A stretch of DNA of 64,000 bases from Candidatus Levyibacteriota bacterium (GTDB taxonomy: Bacteria; Patescibacteriota; Microgenomatia; Levybacterales; UBA12049). The translations under genes and the position numbers were made by a program. Location: the NCBI GenBank assembly GCA_016214555.1, contig JACROF010000012.1, positions 70,066 to 134,065 on the forward strand, in the 5' to 3' direction. The first letter of the stretch is position 1, and each line of letters begins with the position of its first letter. Of this stretch, positions 44,056-53,788 are shown piece after piece. The notes under the pieces are model-generated. The model did not search any database. It saw nothing but the letters and a program-made list of their open reading frames with translations, and was not told the origin of the DNA.

Positions 44056-46404
44056 ATGGAAAAAACCTCTGTTAACCTCGAATTTGCAGGTAAAACATTA
44101 TCATTACAGACAGGTCGTCTTGCTCCTCAAGCTACCTCATCGGTTTTAGCTAGGCTTGGCGATACTGTTATTCTTGTGACTGTCGTTGAAGGAAAAATAC
44201 GAGATGATATCGATTACTTTCCTTTGAGTGTTGAGTATACAGAAAAATTGTACGCAGGCGGAAGAATTAAAGGAAGCCGTTGGGTAAAGCGCGAAGGTCG
44301 TCCCACTGATGAGGCAATCCTTATAGGGAGACTTATAGATCGTTCAATCCGTCCTCTCTTTCCTAAAGAGTTTAAAAACGAAGTTCAGGTTGTTGTAACT
44401 GTTCTTTCAGTTGATGGAGAGCATGAGCCAGATATTATTGCACTTAATGCAGTGTCTGCTGCTCTTGCAATATCACCGATTCCATGGAAAGGTCCTATTG
44501 GAGCAATTCGTATGGGCTCAGTCAAAAATGGGGACAAAGTTGAGTATGTATTCAATCCAACAGCTACAGAAGGCCAGTTGTCAGAGCTTGATATCGTTGT
44601 TTCTCAGAGCAGTGATCTTACCCTCATGATTGAAGCAGGGGCGATGCAAGTTCCTGAAGACGTTGTTCAGGGAGCGATCGTTGAGGCTCACAAAGAAACA
44701 AAAAAAATTATTACATTTATCGAGGAGCTTGTTAAAAAAGTTGGCGTTAAAAAACATTCCACTACTCCAAATCCACTCCTTTCAGATGCAGTTGCTCTTA
44801 TAGAAAAGAATTTCAAAAATGAAGTTGCCGCTCTTATTAAAGGTAGAGCAAATAAGGAAGGAAGTGGGAGTGAGACAGATGACCTTCTTTTAAAAATTGT
44901 TGAGCATGATAAGAGTACTAATGATAATACTCAGCTTGATAAAAAGATTTTTGCAAAAGCTCTCGAGCAGGTAATGTTCAAAATTATCCGTCATAACGTC
45001 ATTACTAAAAAAGCACGACCAGATGGACGTAAAATTGATGAAATTAGAAATATTTCAGTTGATGTTGGTGTTCTTCCACGAACTCATGGGTCAGCAATTT
45101 TTGAGAGAGGTCTCACCCAGGCACTTTCAATTGTTACGCTTGGTTCTCCTCGCATGGAGCAATTGATCGAGTCTGCAGAAGGTGAAGAGAGTAAGCGATA
45201 TATCCATCATTACTCAGGCCCACCATATTCTGTGGGTGAGGCTGGTAGAATTGGAACGCCTTCAAGACGAGAAATAGGTCACGGAGCTTTGGCGGAAAGA
45301 GCTTTGTTAGGTGTTATTCCAACACAAGATAAATTTCCTTATACAGTGAGAGTCGTTTCTGAAGTTTTATCTCAAAATGGTTCAAGCTCTATGGCTTCAA
45401 CTTGTGGGTCGACGCTCGCTCTTATGGATGCTGGTGTACCTATTTTGAAACCTGTTGCAGGAATTTCAATTGGCATGATGTCTGATGAAAAAGATTATGT
45501 GCTACTTACAGACATAATTGGCCTTGAGGATTTCTCTGGAGATATGGATTTTAAAGTTGCAGGAACTGATCAGGGTATAACGGCAATTCAGCTTGATGTA
45601 AAAATCCCCGGCCTAACTGATAAGCAGATAAAAGAGATTTTTGATAGGGCACATGATGCTCGGTTGAATATTCTTGAGACTATGCTTAAAGCATTGCCAA
45701 CTTCTCGAGAAAATATATCTGCATTTGCTCCCAAGATTGAACAGCTTCAAATTCCTGTCGAAAAGATTGGTGAACTGATTGGTCCTGGAGGAAAGACTAT
45801 TAAAAATATTATAGCTCAAACTGGTGCAACAGTTGATGTTGAGGATGATGGAACAGTAACTATATCAGGCGTTGAAGCTGAAGCTGTTAAAAAAGCTATT
45901 GAATGGGTTCAGGGGCTTACAAGAGAAGTAATGGTAGGTGAGGTTTTTGAAGGGCCAGTAAAGAGAATTCTCCCTTTTGGAGCATTTGTTGAGATTTTAC
46001 CAGGCAAAGAAGGTATGGTGCATGTTTCAAAGATGGGTGAAGGATTTGTAAATAGTCCTGAGGATATTGTTTCTCTTGGTCAGGTTGTAAAGGTAAAAGT
46101 ATATGAGATCGATGATCAAGGAAGGATAAATTTGACTATGAAGTTTGGCAACGAAGGATCTTCAAGTGAGGGTGGAGAATCTGGTGGAGGGTCAGGTCAG
46201 CGAAGAGCAGCTCAGCCTCAAACAAGATCTTTTGAGAGAAGACCATACGAACCACGACGTGGAAATGAGACTGGTCATTCAAGAGATAGAAGAGATTTTT
46301 CTAGAGGTGATCGCCCACAAGGTAAGCATCCATTGTCACAAATGTTTGAAAGAGAGCGAATGGGAAGTAGACCTCAAGGACCTCGTCGCCGCTCGCATTA
46401 TTAA
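44056..46404 (+). CDS. pnp: polynucleotide phosphorylase (PNPase) with KH, S1 and Arg/Gly-rich C-terminal tail
   Basis: 782 aa. Two RNase PH domains, KH (IGPGGKTIKNI), S1 (GEVFEGPVKRILPFGAFVEI) and an RG-rich tail. Confidence 0.95.
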   Translation: MEKTSVNLEFAGKTLSLQTGRLAPQATSSVLARLGDTVILVTVVEGKIRDDIDYFPLSVEYTEKLYAGGRIKGSRWVKREGRPTDEAILIGRLIDRSIRPLFPKEFKNEVQVVVTVLSVDGEHEPDIIALNAVSAALAISPIPWKGPIGAIRMGSVKNGDKVEYVFNPTATEGQLSELDIVVSQSSDLTLMIEAGAMQVPEDVVQGAIVEAHKETKKIITFIEELVKKVGVKKHSTTPNPLLSDAVALIEKNFKNEVAALIKGRANKEGSGSETDDLLLKIVEHDKSTNDNTQLDKKIFAKALEQVMFKIIRHNVITKKARPDGRKIDEIRNISVDVGVLPRTHGSAIFERGLTQALSIVTLGSPRMEQLIESAEGEESKRYIHHYSGPPYSVGEAGRIGTPSRREIGHGALAERALLGVIPTQDKFPYTVRVVSEVLSQNGSSSMASTCGSTLALMDAGVPILKPVAGISIGMMSDEKDYVLLTDIIGLEDFSGDMDFKVAGTDQGITAIQLDVKIPGLTDKQIKEIFDRAHDARLNILETMLKALPTSRENISAFAPKIEQLQIPVEKIGELIGPGGKTIKNIIAQTGATVDVEDDGTVTISGVEAEAVKKAIEWVQGLTREVMVGEVFEGPVKRILPFGAFVEILPGKEGMVHVSKMGEGFVNSPEDIVSLGQVVKVKVYEIDDQGRINLTMKFGNEGSSSEGGESGGGSGQRRAAQPQTRSFERRPYEPRRGNETGHSRDRRDFSRGDRPQGKHPLSQMFERERMGSRPQGPRRRSHY

Positions 46405-46444
46405 AGCACTTTTGCTTCAAAAGATATTATAGTAAGATAAGAAT

Positions 46445-47572
46445 ATGCCCGATTCAAACCTGCCACCTTTTCCAACTCCAACTTTGTCAAAGGTAATACC
46501 ATCAACAGAATCTGAGTCTCCGGATCAGATACGAAAGCTTGGGGAGAGAGTCGAAAAAGCTCAGCTACCTGATACCTTAAGAGAAAACCTTTTAGAAAGA
46601 GTATCAAGACTCGCACTTTTACGAGCTAGCGCTGGTTTTATGAGTGCGGACTACATTCTTGAATATGAAAAGACTTCAAGTTATATCAACTGGGTAGTCG
46701 GACTACCCTGGCATAAGCAGAGTGTTGATGTTCTTGATCTTGCGAAAGCCAAAGAATCAATGGATAAATATCATTATGGTCTAACTGAGATTAAGAATAG
46801 AATTCTCGATTATTTGGCAACTCTTATTTTGAATATGAGACAACAAAAGCGAGATGTAGTTCAAAGAGCGCCTATTTTATGCCTTGTTGGTTTGGCAGGT
46901 ACAGGGAAAACAACTCTTGCTAAGTCGATTGCTGAAGCGCTTGGTAAAGAATTTGAACGTATACCCTTTGGCGGAATGGCAGATGCTCGGGCTCTGCGTG
47001 GACAATCGAAGGCTTTTCCCGATGCTGAACCCGGATATGTGATAAAGAAATTATTTCATGCACAAATGAACAATCCTGTCATACTTCTTGATGAGTTGGA
47101 TCGTGTGACAGAGTCGTCAAGAGCTGACATTATGGGTGTTCTCGTTGAGCTACTAGACCCTGAGCAGAACTTTGCCTTCACTGATCACTATGTTGATTTT
47201 CCATTCGACCTTTCAAATGTTTTGTTTATTGCAACAGCAAATAATACGAGCAATATCTCAACTGCTGTGTTGGATAGGCTTGAGATTATTCAAATGCCTT
47301 CTTATACTGACGAAGAAAAGACTGTAATTGCAAAACAATATCTTTTTGGAAAGATTCGTTTGGAGGCAGGACTTTCGGAGCAGCAAATGATGGTTGATGA
47401 ATCTGTGTGGCCTGGAATTATTAGGCCACTTGGCTTTGATTCCGGAATTCGTTCTCTTGAGAGAACAATTCAAGGAATGTGCAGAAAGGTAGCTCGGGAG
47501 ATTGTTGAAGGGAAAGTTCAGTCAGCTCGGATTAGTGATGCCAATCTCAAACAATATTTACCAACATGGTAA
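46445..47572 (+). CDS. Lon-derived standalone AAA+ ATPase (Lon helical linker + AAA+ module; no LAN N-domain, no protease domain)
   Basis: 375 aa. LPWHKQSVDVLDLAKAKESMDKYHYGL matches the Lon pre-AAA helix. Walker A GLAGTGKTTLAKSIA. VLVELLDPEQNFAFTDHYVDFPFDLSNVLFIATAN matches the Lon sensor region. The ORF ends where the Lon protease domain would begin, and RNase J starts 10 nt later. Confidence 0.75.
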   Translation: MPDSNLPPFPTPTLSKVIPSTESESPDQIRKLGERVEKAQLPDTLRENLLERVSRLALLRASAGFMSADYILEYEKTSSYINWVVGLPWHKQSVDVLDLAKAKESMDKYHYGLTEIKNRILDYLATLILNMRQQKRDVVQRAPILCLVGLAGTGKTTLAKSIAEALGKEFERIPFGGMADARALRGQSKAFPDAEPGYVIKKLFHAQMNNPVILLDELDRVTESSRADIMGVLVELLDPEQNFAFTDHYVDFPFDLSNVLFIATANNTSNISTAVLDRLEIIQMPSYTDEEKTVIAKQYLFGKIRLEAGLSEQQMMVDESVWPGIIRPLGFDSGIRSLERTIQGMCRKVAREIVEGKVQSARISDANLKQYLPTW

Positions 47573-47581
47573 TGTAATATC

Positions 47582-49300
47582 ATGAAAGATATGCACCAAG
47601 ATCAACAAAAAATACAGAACACTACACAGCCACAATTGTCGGTGATTCCCTTAGGTGGAATTGAGGATGTTACAAAAAATATGTACGTATACGAGTACAA
47701 AAATGAAATTCTTATCGTAGATTGTGGTATTGGCTTTGCGGACGCATCTGCACTAGGAGTTGATCTTTTGCTTCCTGATATTACGTATCTTATTCAAAAT
47801 TGTCTCCCAGCTGATAAGGCTAAAAAGCGTATTGTTGGACTTCTTTTAAGTCACGGTCATGAGGATCATATTGGTGCTCTACCTTTTATATTACCTCAAC
47901 TTCCCAAAATTCCTGTATATGCGACTCCATTTACGGCAGCATTGGCGAATGAAAAGTTGCGTGAATATCAATTGCCTGCAGATATAAAATCTGTTTCATT
48001 TGGTGGTAAGCCGATAAATCTTGGTCCGTTTAGTTTTAATTTTTTATCAGTGACTCATTCTGTCCCAGATACATCACACATTGTTATTAAAACACCGGTT
48101 GGCACCGTCTACCATGGAAGTGATTTTAAAATTGATATGACACCATATGATAATAAGCGGATGGACTTTAAGGGAATAGTTGATGCGGCAAAAGATGGAA
48201 TTCTTATTCATATGACTGACTCTCTTGGGTCAGATAGGCCAGGTCATACGCCTTCCGAGGATGGAATGCAAAAGACGTTTGAAAGACTTATTACAGAATG
48301 TAAAGGGAAATGTATTGTTACTACGTATTCATCAAATGTTTCTCGTCTTAACCAAGTTATTGAGGCAGCTGAAAAAGCAAAAAGAAAGGTTAGTTTTGTT
48401 GGAAGATCACTAGTGAAGGTAACTGATGTGGCAAAAAGACTAGGATATCTTCATGTAGAGGATGGAACTATTATTGATATTAATCAAGCAAAGAGGTATC
48501 ACCCAAGTAAATTAGTGCTTATCGTTGCTGGCAGTCAGGGGCAAGAAAATTCTGCCATGACGAGAATAGCTGAGGGACAACATAGGGATATTAGCCTTTC
48601 TTCTGATGACCTTGTCGTTTTTTCAGCAGAACCGATTCCTGGCAATGAAGAAGCAGTAAATAGCCTTATTGATTCAATAGCAAAAACAGGGGCCCGAGCA
48701 ATTACATCATCTCAGTCAACGCTATTGCATGTCTCTGGCCACGGCTCACAGCAAGATCACCTCATGATGATGTCGCTACTCAAATCAAAATATATTATCC
48801 CAATAAGTGGAAATTACAAACATCTGGTTATGTATAAAGATTTAGCAAAAAAAATGGACTATATAGATAAAAATGTCCTCATTTTAGAAAATGGTCAGGA
48901 AGTTATTTTTACGCAATCTAGCTATCGTTTGGGAAGAAAAATAGCAACCAAAAATGTGTATGTAGATCAGTTATCAGGTGAAGAAGTAGAAGGTTTTGTT
49001 CTTCGTGATAGAGAAAAATTGGCTAAAGACGGAATAATTATTCTTATGGTTGAGATAAATACTACTGATGGTCAATTGATGAATAGGCCAGATATTATCG
49101 CTCGGGGTTTACTTCCAAAAGATATCGAAACACTTCAGAAATCACTTACTATTGAAATGAAAAAACTTTTAGCAAAAAGAAAAGCGAGAGTGACGAATTG
49201 GGTTCATATGAGAAGACAGATTGAAGAAATGGCAAGTAAGCATATTTTTTATAAGCTACGAAGGAGACCGTTGGTTCTGCCAATTGTCATCGAGGTTTAG
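47582..49300 (+). CDS. rnj: ribonuclease J (metallo-beta-lactamase / beta-CASP RNA-degrading nuclease)
   Basis: 572 aa. LSHGHEDHIG (HxHxDH) motif, beta-CASP region and C-terminal domain. Confidence 0.9.
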   Translation: MKDMHQDQQKIQNTTQPQLSVIPLGGIEDVTKNMYVYEYKNEILIVDCGIGFADASALGVDLLLPDITYLIQNCLPADKAKKRIVGLLLSHGHEDHIGALPFILPQLPKIPVYATPFTAALANEKLREYQLPADIKSVSFGGKPINLGPFSFNFLSVTHSVPDTSHIVIKTPVGTVYHGSDFKIDMTPYDNKRMDFKGIVDAAKDGILIHMTDSLGSDRPGHTPSEDGMQKTFERLITECKGKCIVTTYSSNVSRLNQVIEAAEKAKRKVSFVGRSLVKVTDVAKRLGYLHVEDGTIIDINQAKRYHPSKLVLIVAGSQGQENSAMTRIAEGQHRDISLSSDDLVVFSAEPIPGNEEAVNSLIDSIAKTGARAITSSQSTLLHVSGHGSQQDHLMMMSLLKSKYIIPISGNYKHLVMYKDLAKKMDYIDKNVLILENGQEVIFTQSSYRLGRKIATKNVYVDQLSGEEVEGFVLRDREKLAKDGIIILMVEINTTDGQLMNRPDIIARGLLPKDIETLQKSLTIEMKKLLAKRKARVTNWVHMRRQIEEMASKHIFYKLRRRPLVLPIVIEV

Positions 49301-49362
49301 AATTATTATGTGCAAAGTGAGCCTATTTATGATATGCTTTTTGCACTTATAAACTATTGATT

Positions 49363-51495
49363 ATGAAATCTAAAAGAGGATCCTACAGAAAGAAAAGAAC
49401 TAAATTCAAATTAAAGAAAAATACAGTATACACTCTTTTTTCAGTCGGTCTATTTTTGTCTGCGGGTCTTGTAACTTTGTCATTTTTCAATAGCGGATCT
49501 TCGGCGGGAGAGATAAGCGATGCGCTTCACGAACGTTTTGGTGGACTTGATTTTCTTTTCCCTTTCATCTTATTATTCTTTGCTTTTTTCATGCTGCATC
49601 TTAAGAAGTTTTATTTATCAAAGCCAAACGTCTCTTTTGGATTTTTAGTTTTTTTTGTTTCGCTTTTAGGATTAACTAGAAGTGGGTCTCTTGGAAATGG
49701 TATTTTTCAGATTCTTGCAGAAATATTGACTACCATTGGTGCAGATCTTGTGTTTATTGCTGGTTTTGTTATTGGGCTTATCGTCTTTTTTGATACTTCT
49801 GTTGATGATATTATGAAAGGATTCTCTACGCTTTTCGCAAACGCACATAGGCTTTATCCTTCAAATATTTTATCTCGTGGGAATAAGTCGTTACTTGATA
49901 GATCCAAACCAATTACGATAAAAGGCGGACAAAAGGATACTGGAGTCATCAGTAAAGACTCTCATGATCATCAGCCGGTTATTAATAAAAAAGAACCAGA
50001 AGAACTTATCTCAGCAAAGCTTGTCTCAAACGTTATTGGAGATACAGGAAATGGTATTTGGGAATACCCTTCTCTTTCACTGCTTGTAGAATCACCTGGT
50101 TCTAAGGCAGATAGAGGGGATATTAATAAAATTGCAAGGAAGATCGAGGAGACCCTCCAAAGCTTTGGCGTAGAGGCACGAGTTGCTGAGGTCAACTTGG
50201 GGCCTGCTGTTACACAATATGCTTTAGAGCTTGCTCTTGGAACGAAGGTGTCCAAGATTACTTCACTCGCAAATGATTTAGCATTAGCTACAGAAGCTCC
50301 AACAGGACAAATACGTATTGAAGCACCAATACCTGGGAGGAATCTTGTTGGTATTGAGATTCCAAATCGATCGCTTGAAGTTGTTACATTAAGAACCATG
50401 CTTGCCTCAAATGTTATGCAGAAAAGCAAATCAAAGTTAGCTGTATCAATGGGTCTTGATGTCTCAGGATCTCCTATTATCGCAGACATTGGAAAGATGC
50501 CCCATGTTCTTGTTGCTGGTACTACGGGATCAGGAAAATCTGTTTTGGTAAACTCATTTATTACATCACTTCTTTTTAGAGCATCTCCTCAAGAGGTAAA
50601 GTTAATTTTAATTGATCCGAAAAGAGTTGAGTTTACATCCTACAATGGTATTCCCCATCTTCTCACGCCAGTTATTGTTGAGGTGGAAAAAATATTATCA
50701 GCATTAAAATGGGCAATGGGAGAGATGGATAGAAGGTATAAGCTATTTGCAGAAAGAGGAGTTAGAAATATTGAAGGGTACAATGAGCTTTCAGGTTTTC
50801 AAGCTTTACCCTACATTGTTATTATTGTTGACGAATTAGCCGATCTTATGATGTTTGCTCCTGTTGAAGTTGAAGATGCTATTGCAAGGCTTGCGCAAAT
50901 GGCTCGCGCAACAGGAATCCATCTTATTATCGCAACTCAAAGACCATCAGTAAATGTAATTACCGGTCTTATTAAGGCAAATATTCCTTGCAGGATTGCT
51001 TTTAATGTTTCTTCCATGATTGATTCTCGGGTTATCATTGATGGTCCAGGAGCAGAAAAATTACTTGGTCGAGGAGACATGCTTTATGTTCCGCCAGATC
51101 AGGCAAAACCAACTCGAATCCAAGGGGCATTTGTCTCCGATAAAGAGGTAAAAAAACTCGTCGAATTCTTAAAATCAACAAACTATCCAGTTGAATATAC
51201 AGAGGAAGTAATTAATCAGCCTTTGCCATTAAAGGGTAAGGGCGGAGGGGGAATAAATGGATCAGTTGATGGAAAAGACCCCATGTTTGAGGAAGTAGTA
51301 AGACTGGTTTGCCAATTTGATACCGCCTCAGCATCCTTCCTTCAAAGGAAGATGTCGATTGGTTATTCTCGAGCAGCTCGAATTTTAGATCAACTTGAAG
51401 AAGCAGGAATAGTTGGACATGCGGAAGGATCAAAGCCACGTGATGTTCTTGTGAGAAATGCAGAAGAGTATCTGACAAATCTCCAGAAAGAATAG
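49363..51495 (+). CDS. ftsK: DNA translocase FtsK/SpoIIIE (4 N-terminal TM helices, motor domain, C-terminal gamma winged-helix)
   Basis: Walker A GTTGSGKS and Walker B IVIIVDELADLM. Gamma domain SIGYSRAARILDQLEEAGIVG. ATG at 49363; the track start 49357 is TTG. Confidence 0.9.
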   Translation: MKSKRGSYRKKRTKFKLKKNTVYTLFSVGLFLSAGLVTLSFFNSGSSAGEISDALHERFGGLDFLFPFILLFFAFFMLHLKKFYLSKPNVSFGFLVFFVSLLGLTRSGSLGNGIFQILAEILTTIGADLVFIAGFVIGLIVFFDTSVDDIMKGFSTLFANAHRLYPSNILSRGNKSLLDRSKPITIKGGQKDTGVISKDSHDHQPVINKKEPEELISAKLVSNVIGDTGNGIWEYPSLSLLVESPGSKADRGDINKIARKIEETLQSFGVEARVAEVNLGPAVTQYALELALGTKVSKITSLANDLALATEAPTGQIRIEAPIPGRNLVGIEIPNRSLEVVTLRTMLASNVMQKSKSKLAVSMGLDVSGSPIIADIGKMPHVLVAGTTGSGKSVLVNSFITSLLFRASPQEVKLILIDPKRVEFTSYNGIPHLLTPVIVEVEKILSALKWAMGEMDRRYKLFAERGVRNIEGYNELSGFQALPYIVIIVDELADLMMFAPVEVEDAIARLAQMARATGIHLIIATQRPSVNVITGLIKANIPCRIAFNVSSMIDSRVIIDGPGAEKLLGRGDMLYVPPDQAKPTRIQGAFVSDKEVKKLVEFLKSTNYPVEYTEEVINQPLPLKGKGGGGINGSVDGKDPMFEEVVRLVCQFDTASASFLQRKMSIGYSRAARILDQLEEAGIVGHAEGSKPRDVLVRNAEEYLTNLQKE

Positions 51496-51502
51496 GTCTT
51501 CT

Positions 51503-52141
51503 ATGATAGGAATTGGGCAACGCTTAAAAGAAATTCGTATTTCACAAGGCATGAGCTTGGAGGAAGTTTCGGAGGCAACTAAAATTAGAGCTTCATTTCT
51601 TTCTGCAATTGAAAAAGGAGAGTATCGAAAGCTTCCGTCTAGTTCGTACGCGCAGGGTTTTGTTCAGAATTACGCAACATTTTTAGGAATACCAAAAAAA
51701 GAGGCGATGGCACTTTTTAGAAGAGAGTTTGATGAAAAGAAGGTTTATTCAATATTGCCTGAGGGGTTTGTGAAAGAAAAAAAAGTCCATCACAGAAGTA
51801 TTAAGATCCATCAGGCACTTTTTTTGGTACTTTTGTTGCTTATTTTGCTTGGAGGATTTTTATTTTATCAATATAGAGCAGCATTTATTAGTCCTTCTTT
51901 GGTAATATCTGAACCATCATTTTCCGTTACTCAAGAAACAGAAGTAGTAGTTGCAGGAAAGGTGGAGCAAAATAGTATTCTAACAATTAATAACTCCCCT
52001 GTCACAATTAACAAAGATGGTTCGTTTTTAAAAAGAGTGTCAGTATTTTCTGGTAAAAATACTATTCTTATTAAGGCTAAAAATTCTTTTGGAAAAGAAA
52101 CAATTATTTCAAAAGATGTTACAGTTAAATCCTCGCAATAG
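51503..52141 (+). CDS. rodZ: RodZ-like cytoskeleton protein (N-terminal XRE HTH, TM helix, extracytoplasmic C-domain)
   Basis: 212 aa. IGQRLKEIRISQGMSLEEVSEATKIRASFLSAIEKGEY...YAQGFVQNYATFLGI parallels the RodZ N-terminal HTH. Single TM follows. Confidence 0.65.
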   Translation: MIGIGQRLKEIRISQGMSLEEVSEATKIRASFLSAIEKGEYRKLPSSSYAQGFVQNYATFLGIPKKEAMALFRREFDEKKVYSILPEGFVKEKKVHHRSIKIHQALFLVLLLLILLGGFLFYQYRAAFISPSLVISEPSFSVTQETEVVVAGKVEQNSILTINNSPVTINKDGSFLKRVSVFSGKNTILIKAKNSFGKETIISKDVTVKSSQ

Positions 52142-52189
52142 TAAGTTGTGGGTTGACACTAGGCACGTCGTAGAGTAATCTAAGATAAC

Positions 52190-52489
52190 ATGATCGATGT
52201 AGTTCAGCTTATTTTGTTTATCGTTATTGTGACTCTGACAGTCCTCCTTGTGGTGTTGGGAGTTCAGGTGTTTTTTATCCTAAGAGAATTAAGGAAAACA
52301 ATACAAAAAACAAATAATGTTCTTGAGGATACTCGAATAATTACAGAAAGTATTTCAAAGCCAGTTTCATCGCTTTCCTCTCTGTCTCTTGGTATAAAAG
52401 CAAGCTCTATTATGAGTATTGCCAAGCTAATTAAAGGACTTCTTACAAAGGATGAAGAAGGATCTGACAAAAAAAAATCAAAAGAGTAA
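52190..52489 (+). CDS. small membrane-anchored coiled-coil protein, DUF948/YtxG-like (tentative)
   Basis: 99 aa. N-terminal TM then a helical, Lys/Glu-rich region. Pairs with a following YtxH-like ORF. Confidence 0.4.
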   Translation: MIDVVQLILFIVIVTLTVLLVVLGVQVFFILRELRKTIQKTNNVLEDTRIITESISKPVSSLSSLSLGIKASSIMSIAKLIKGLLTKDEEGSDKKKSKE

Positions 52490-52493
52490 TAGT

Positions 52494-52838
52494 ATGGATC
52501 AATCTTCTCGACGCAATAGTTCCCTAAGTGTATTCCTATTTGGTATTTTATTTGGTGTATTTGTCACATTATTGTTTACTACAAAAAAAGGGAAAAGAGT
52601 TCTCAAAGCAATTACTGATGAAGGGGTAGAAAGATTTAGTCGATGGGAGGATATGATATCGGCTGTTGAGCAAGAAATGGACAATGCTAATCTAGATGAT
52701 GATGAGATTGTTGAAGAAAAAATAATACAGCAAGATAACGAAGGTGATAAGCCTGAGTTAATTTCAAGCGATGATGTTAGTCAACCCGATAGAAAAAAGA
52801 GAAGAATATTTAAAGGAATTCGCAGGAAGACAAGCTAG
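52494..52838 (+). CDS. small membrane protein, YtxH-like (tentative)
   Basis: ATG at 52494, 5 nt after the upstream stop (the track start 52452 would overlap). N-terminal TM FLFGILFGVFVTLLF, then a charged helical region. Confidence 0.4.
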   Translation: MDQSSRRNSSLSVFLFGILFGVFVTLLFTTKKGKRVLKAITDEGVERFSRWEDMISAVEQEMDNANLDDDEIVEEKIIQQDNEGDKPELISSDDVSQPDRKKRRIFKGIRRKTS

Positions 52839-53788
52839 TTGCTGAGGCCATATCTTTGTTTGTTTTTTTCATGCTCTTCAATTGTTTCTGCATACCTATT
52901 TATTCCATTTTTATCTGTAATGTAATATAGGTACTGTGTTGTATCGGGATTTGCAGCTGCAATCATCGCTTCTAACCCAGGGTTGCAGATGGGGCTTGGA
53001 GGGAGTCCTGGTTGTAAATAGGTATTGTATGTTGATTTTACAGAACGATATTCTTCAAGCGATATTGGTGACCACCATTTTCCGTCAGAATAACCCTTTG
53101 CATATTGGATTGTAGCGTCAATCTGAAGAGCCATACCAATTTTTAGCCTATTGTGTATAACAGATGAAATAATTGCACGATCACTATCGTGTTTTGCTTC
53201 TCTTTCAATAAGGGAAGCAATAATAATCAGTTGATTTTTTGAGTAGGGTGAATCCTTTTTAAGGATTGAGTTGTATTTAGCATCAAATGTTGAAGTTAAC
53301 AAGTTAATAACGCTATCAATTGTGGCATCTTTGGGAATAAGATAGGTGTCTGGAAAAAGCTCACCTTCATATTTTTTAAGCTCAGAAATCCATGAATCAT
53401 CGTAATTGGTCATCTTATTGCTTAATATTTGAGCAATTTCCTCACTTCTCATACCTTCTGGAATAGTGACCCAGACATCAATTGTTCCTGTAGTTAAGAT
53501 CTCTGCGATTTTCTTGCTATCCATTGAGGGAGAGATGCGAAAATCTCCTGCTTGTATTTTTTTATGAAGACCACTTTGTTGGATGTATATTCTGAAAAAA
53601 AGTGCATTTTTTATTAAGCCTTCTCTTTCAAGATTTTTTGAAATTGTACTAATACCGGATCCTGGTCTAATAACAAACATTTTTTCAGTGTGATCTCTTG
53701 GGTTAACAGGTTTTAGGTTGTTGTTCCAGGTAAAATATCCAACAACTACTAACAGTATAATTATTCCTGGAATAATTTTTTTAAACAT
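52835..53788 (-). CDS. mltG: endolytic murein transglycosylase MltG (YceG family)
   Basis: N-terminal TM, then the YceG-like domain. Start at the internal Met (53788) preferred to limit overlap with the upstream gene; the track start is 53854. Confidence 0.8.
   Translation of the reverse strand: MFKKIIPGIIILLVVVGYFTWNNNLKPVNPRDHTEKMFVIRPGSGISTISKNLEREGLIKNALFFRIYIQQSGLHKKIQAGDFRISPSMDSKKIAEILTTGTIDVWVTIPEGMRSEEIAQILSNKMTNYDDSWISELKKYEGELFPDTYLIPKDATIDSVINLLTSTFDAKYNSILKKDSPYSKNQLIIIASLIEREAKHDSDRAIISSVIHNRLKIGMALQIDATIQYAKGYSDGKWWSPISLEEYRSVKSTYNTYLQPGLPPSPICNPGLEAMIAAANPDTTQYLYYITDKNGINRYAETIEEHEKNKQRYGLSN

Noticed and set aside
46405-46444. Weak AT-rich hairpin (cttttgcttcaaaag) after pnp as a possible terminator.
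   Set aside because: The 6-bp all-A/T stem without a clear U-tract is too weak to call. It was left unannotated.
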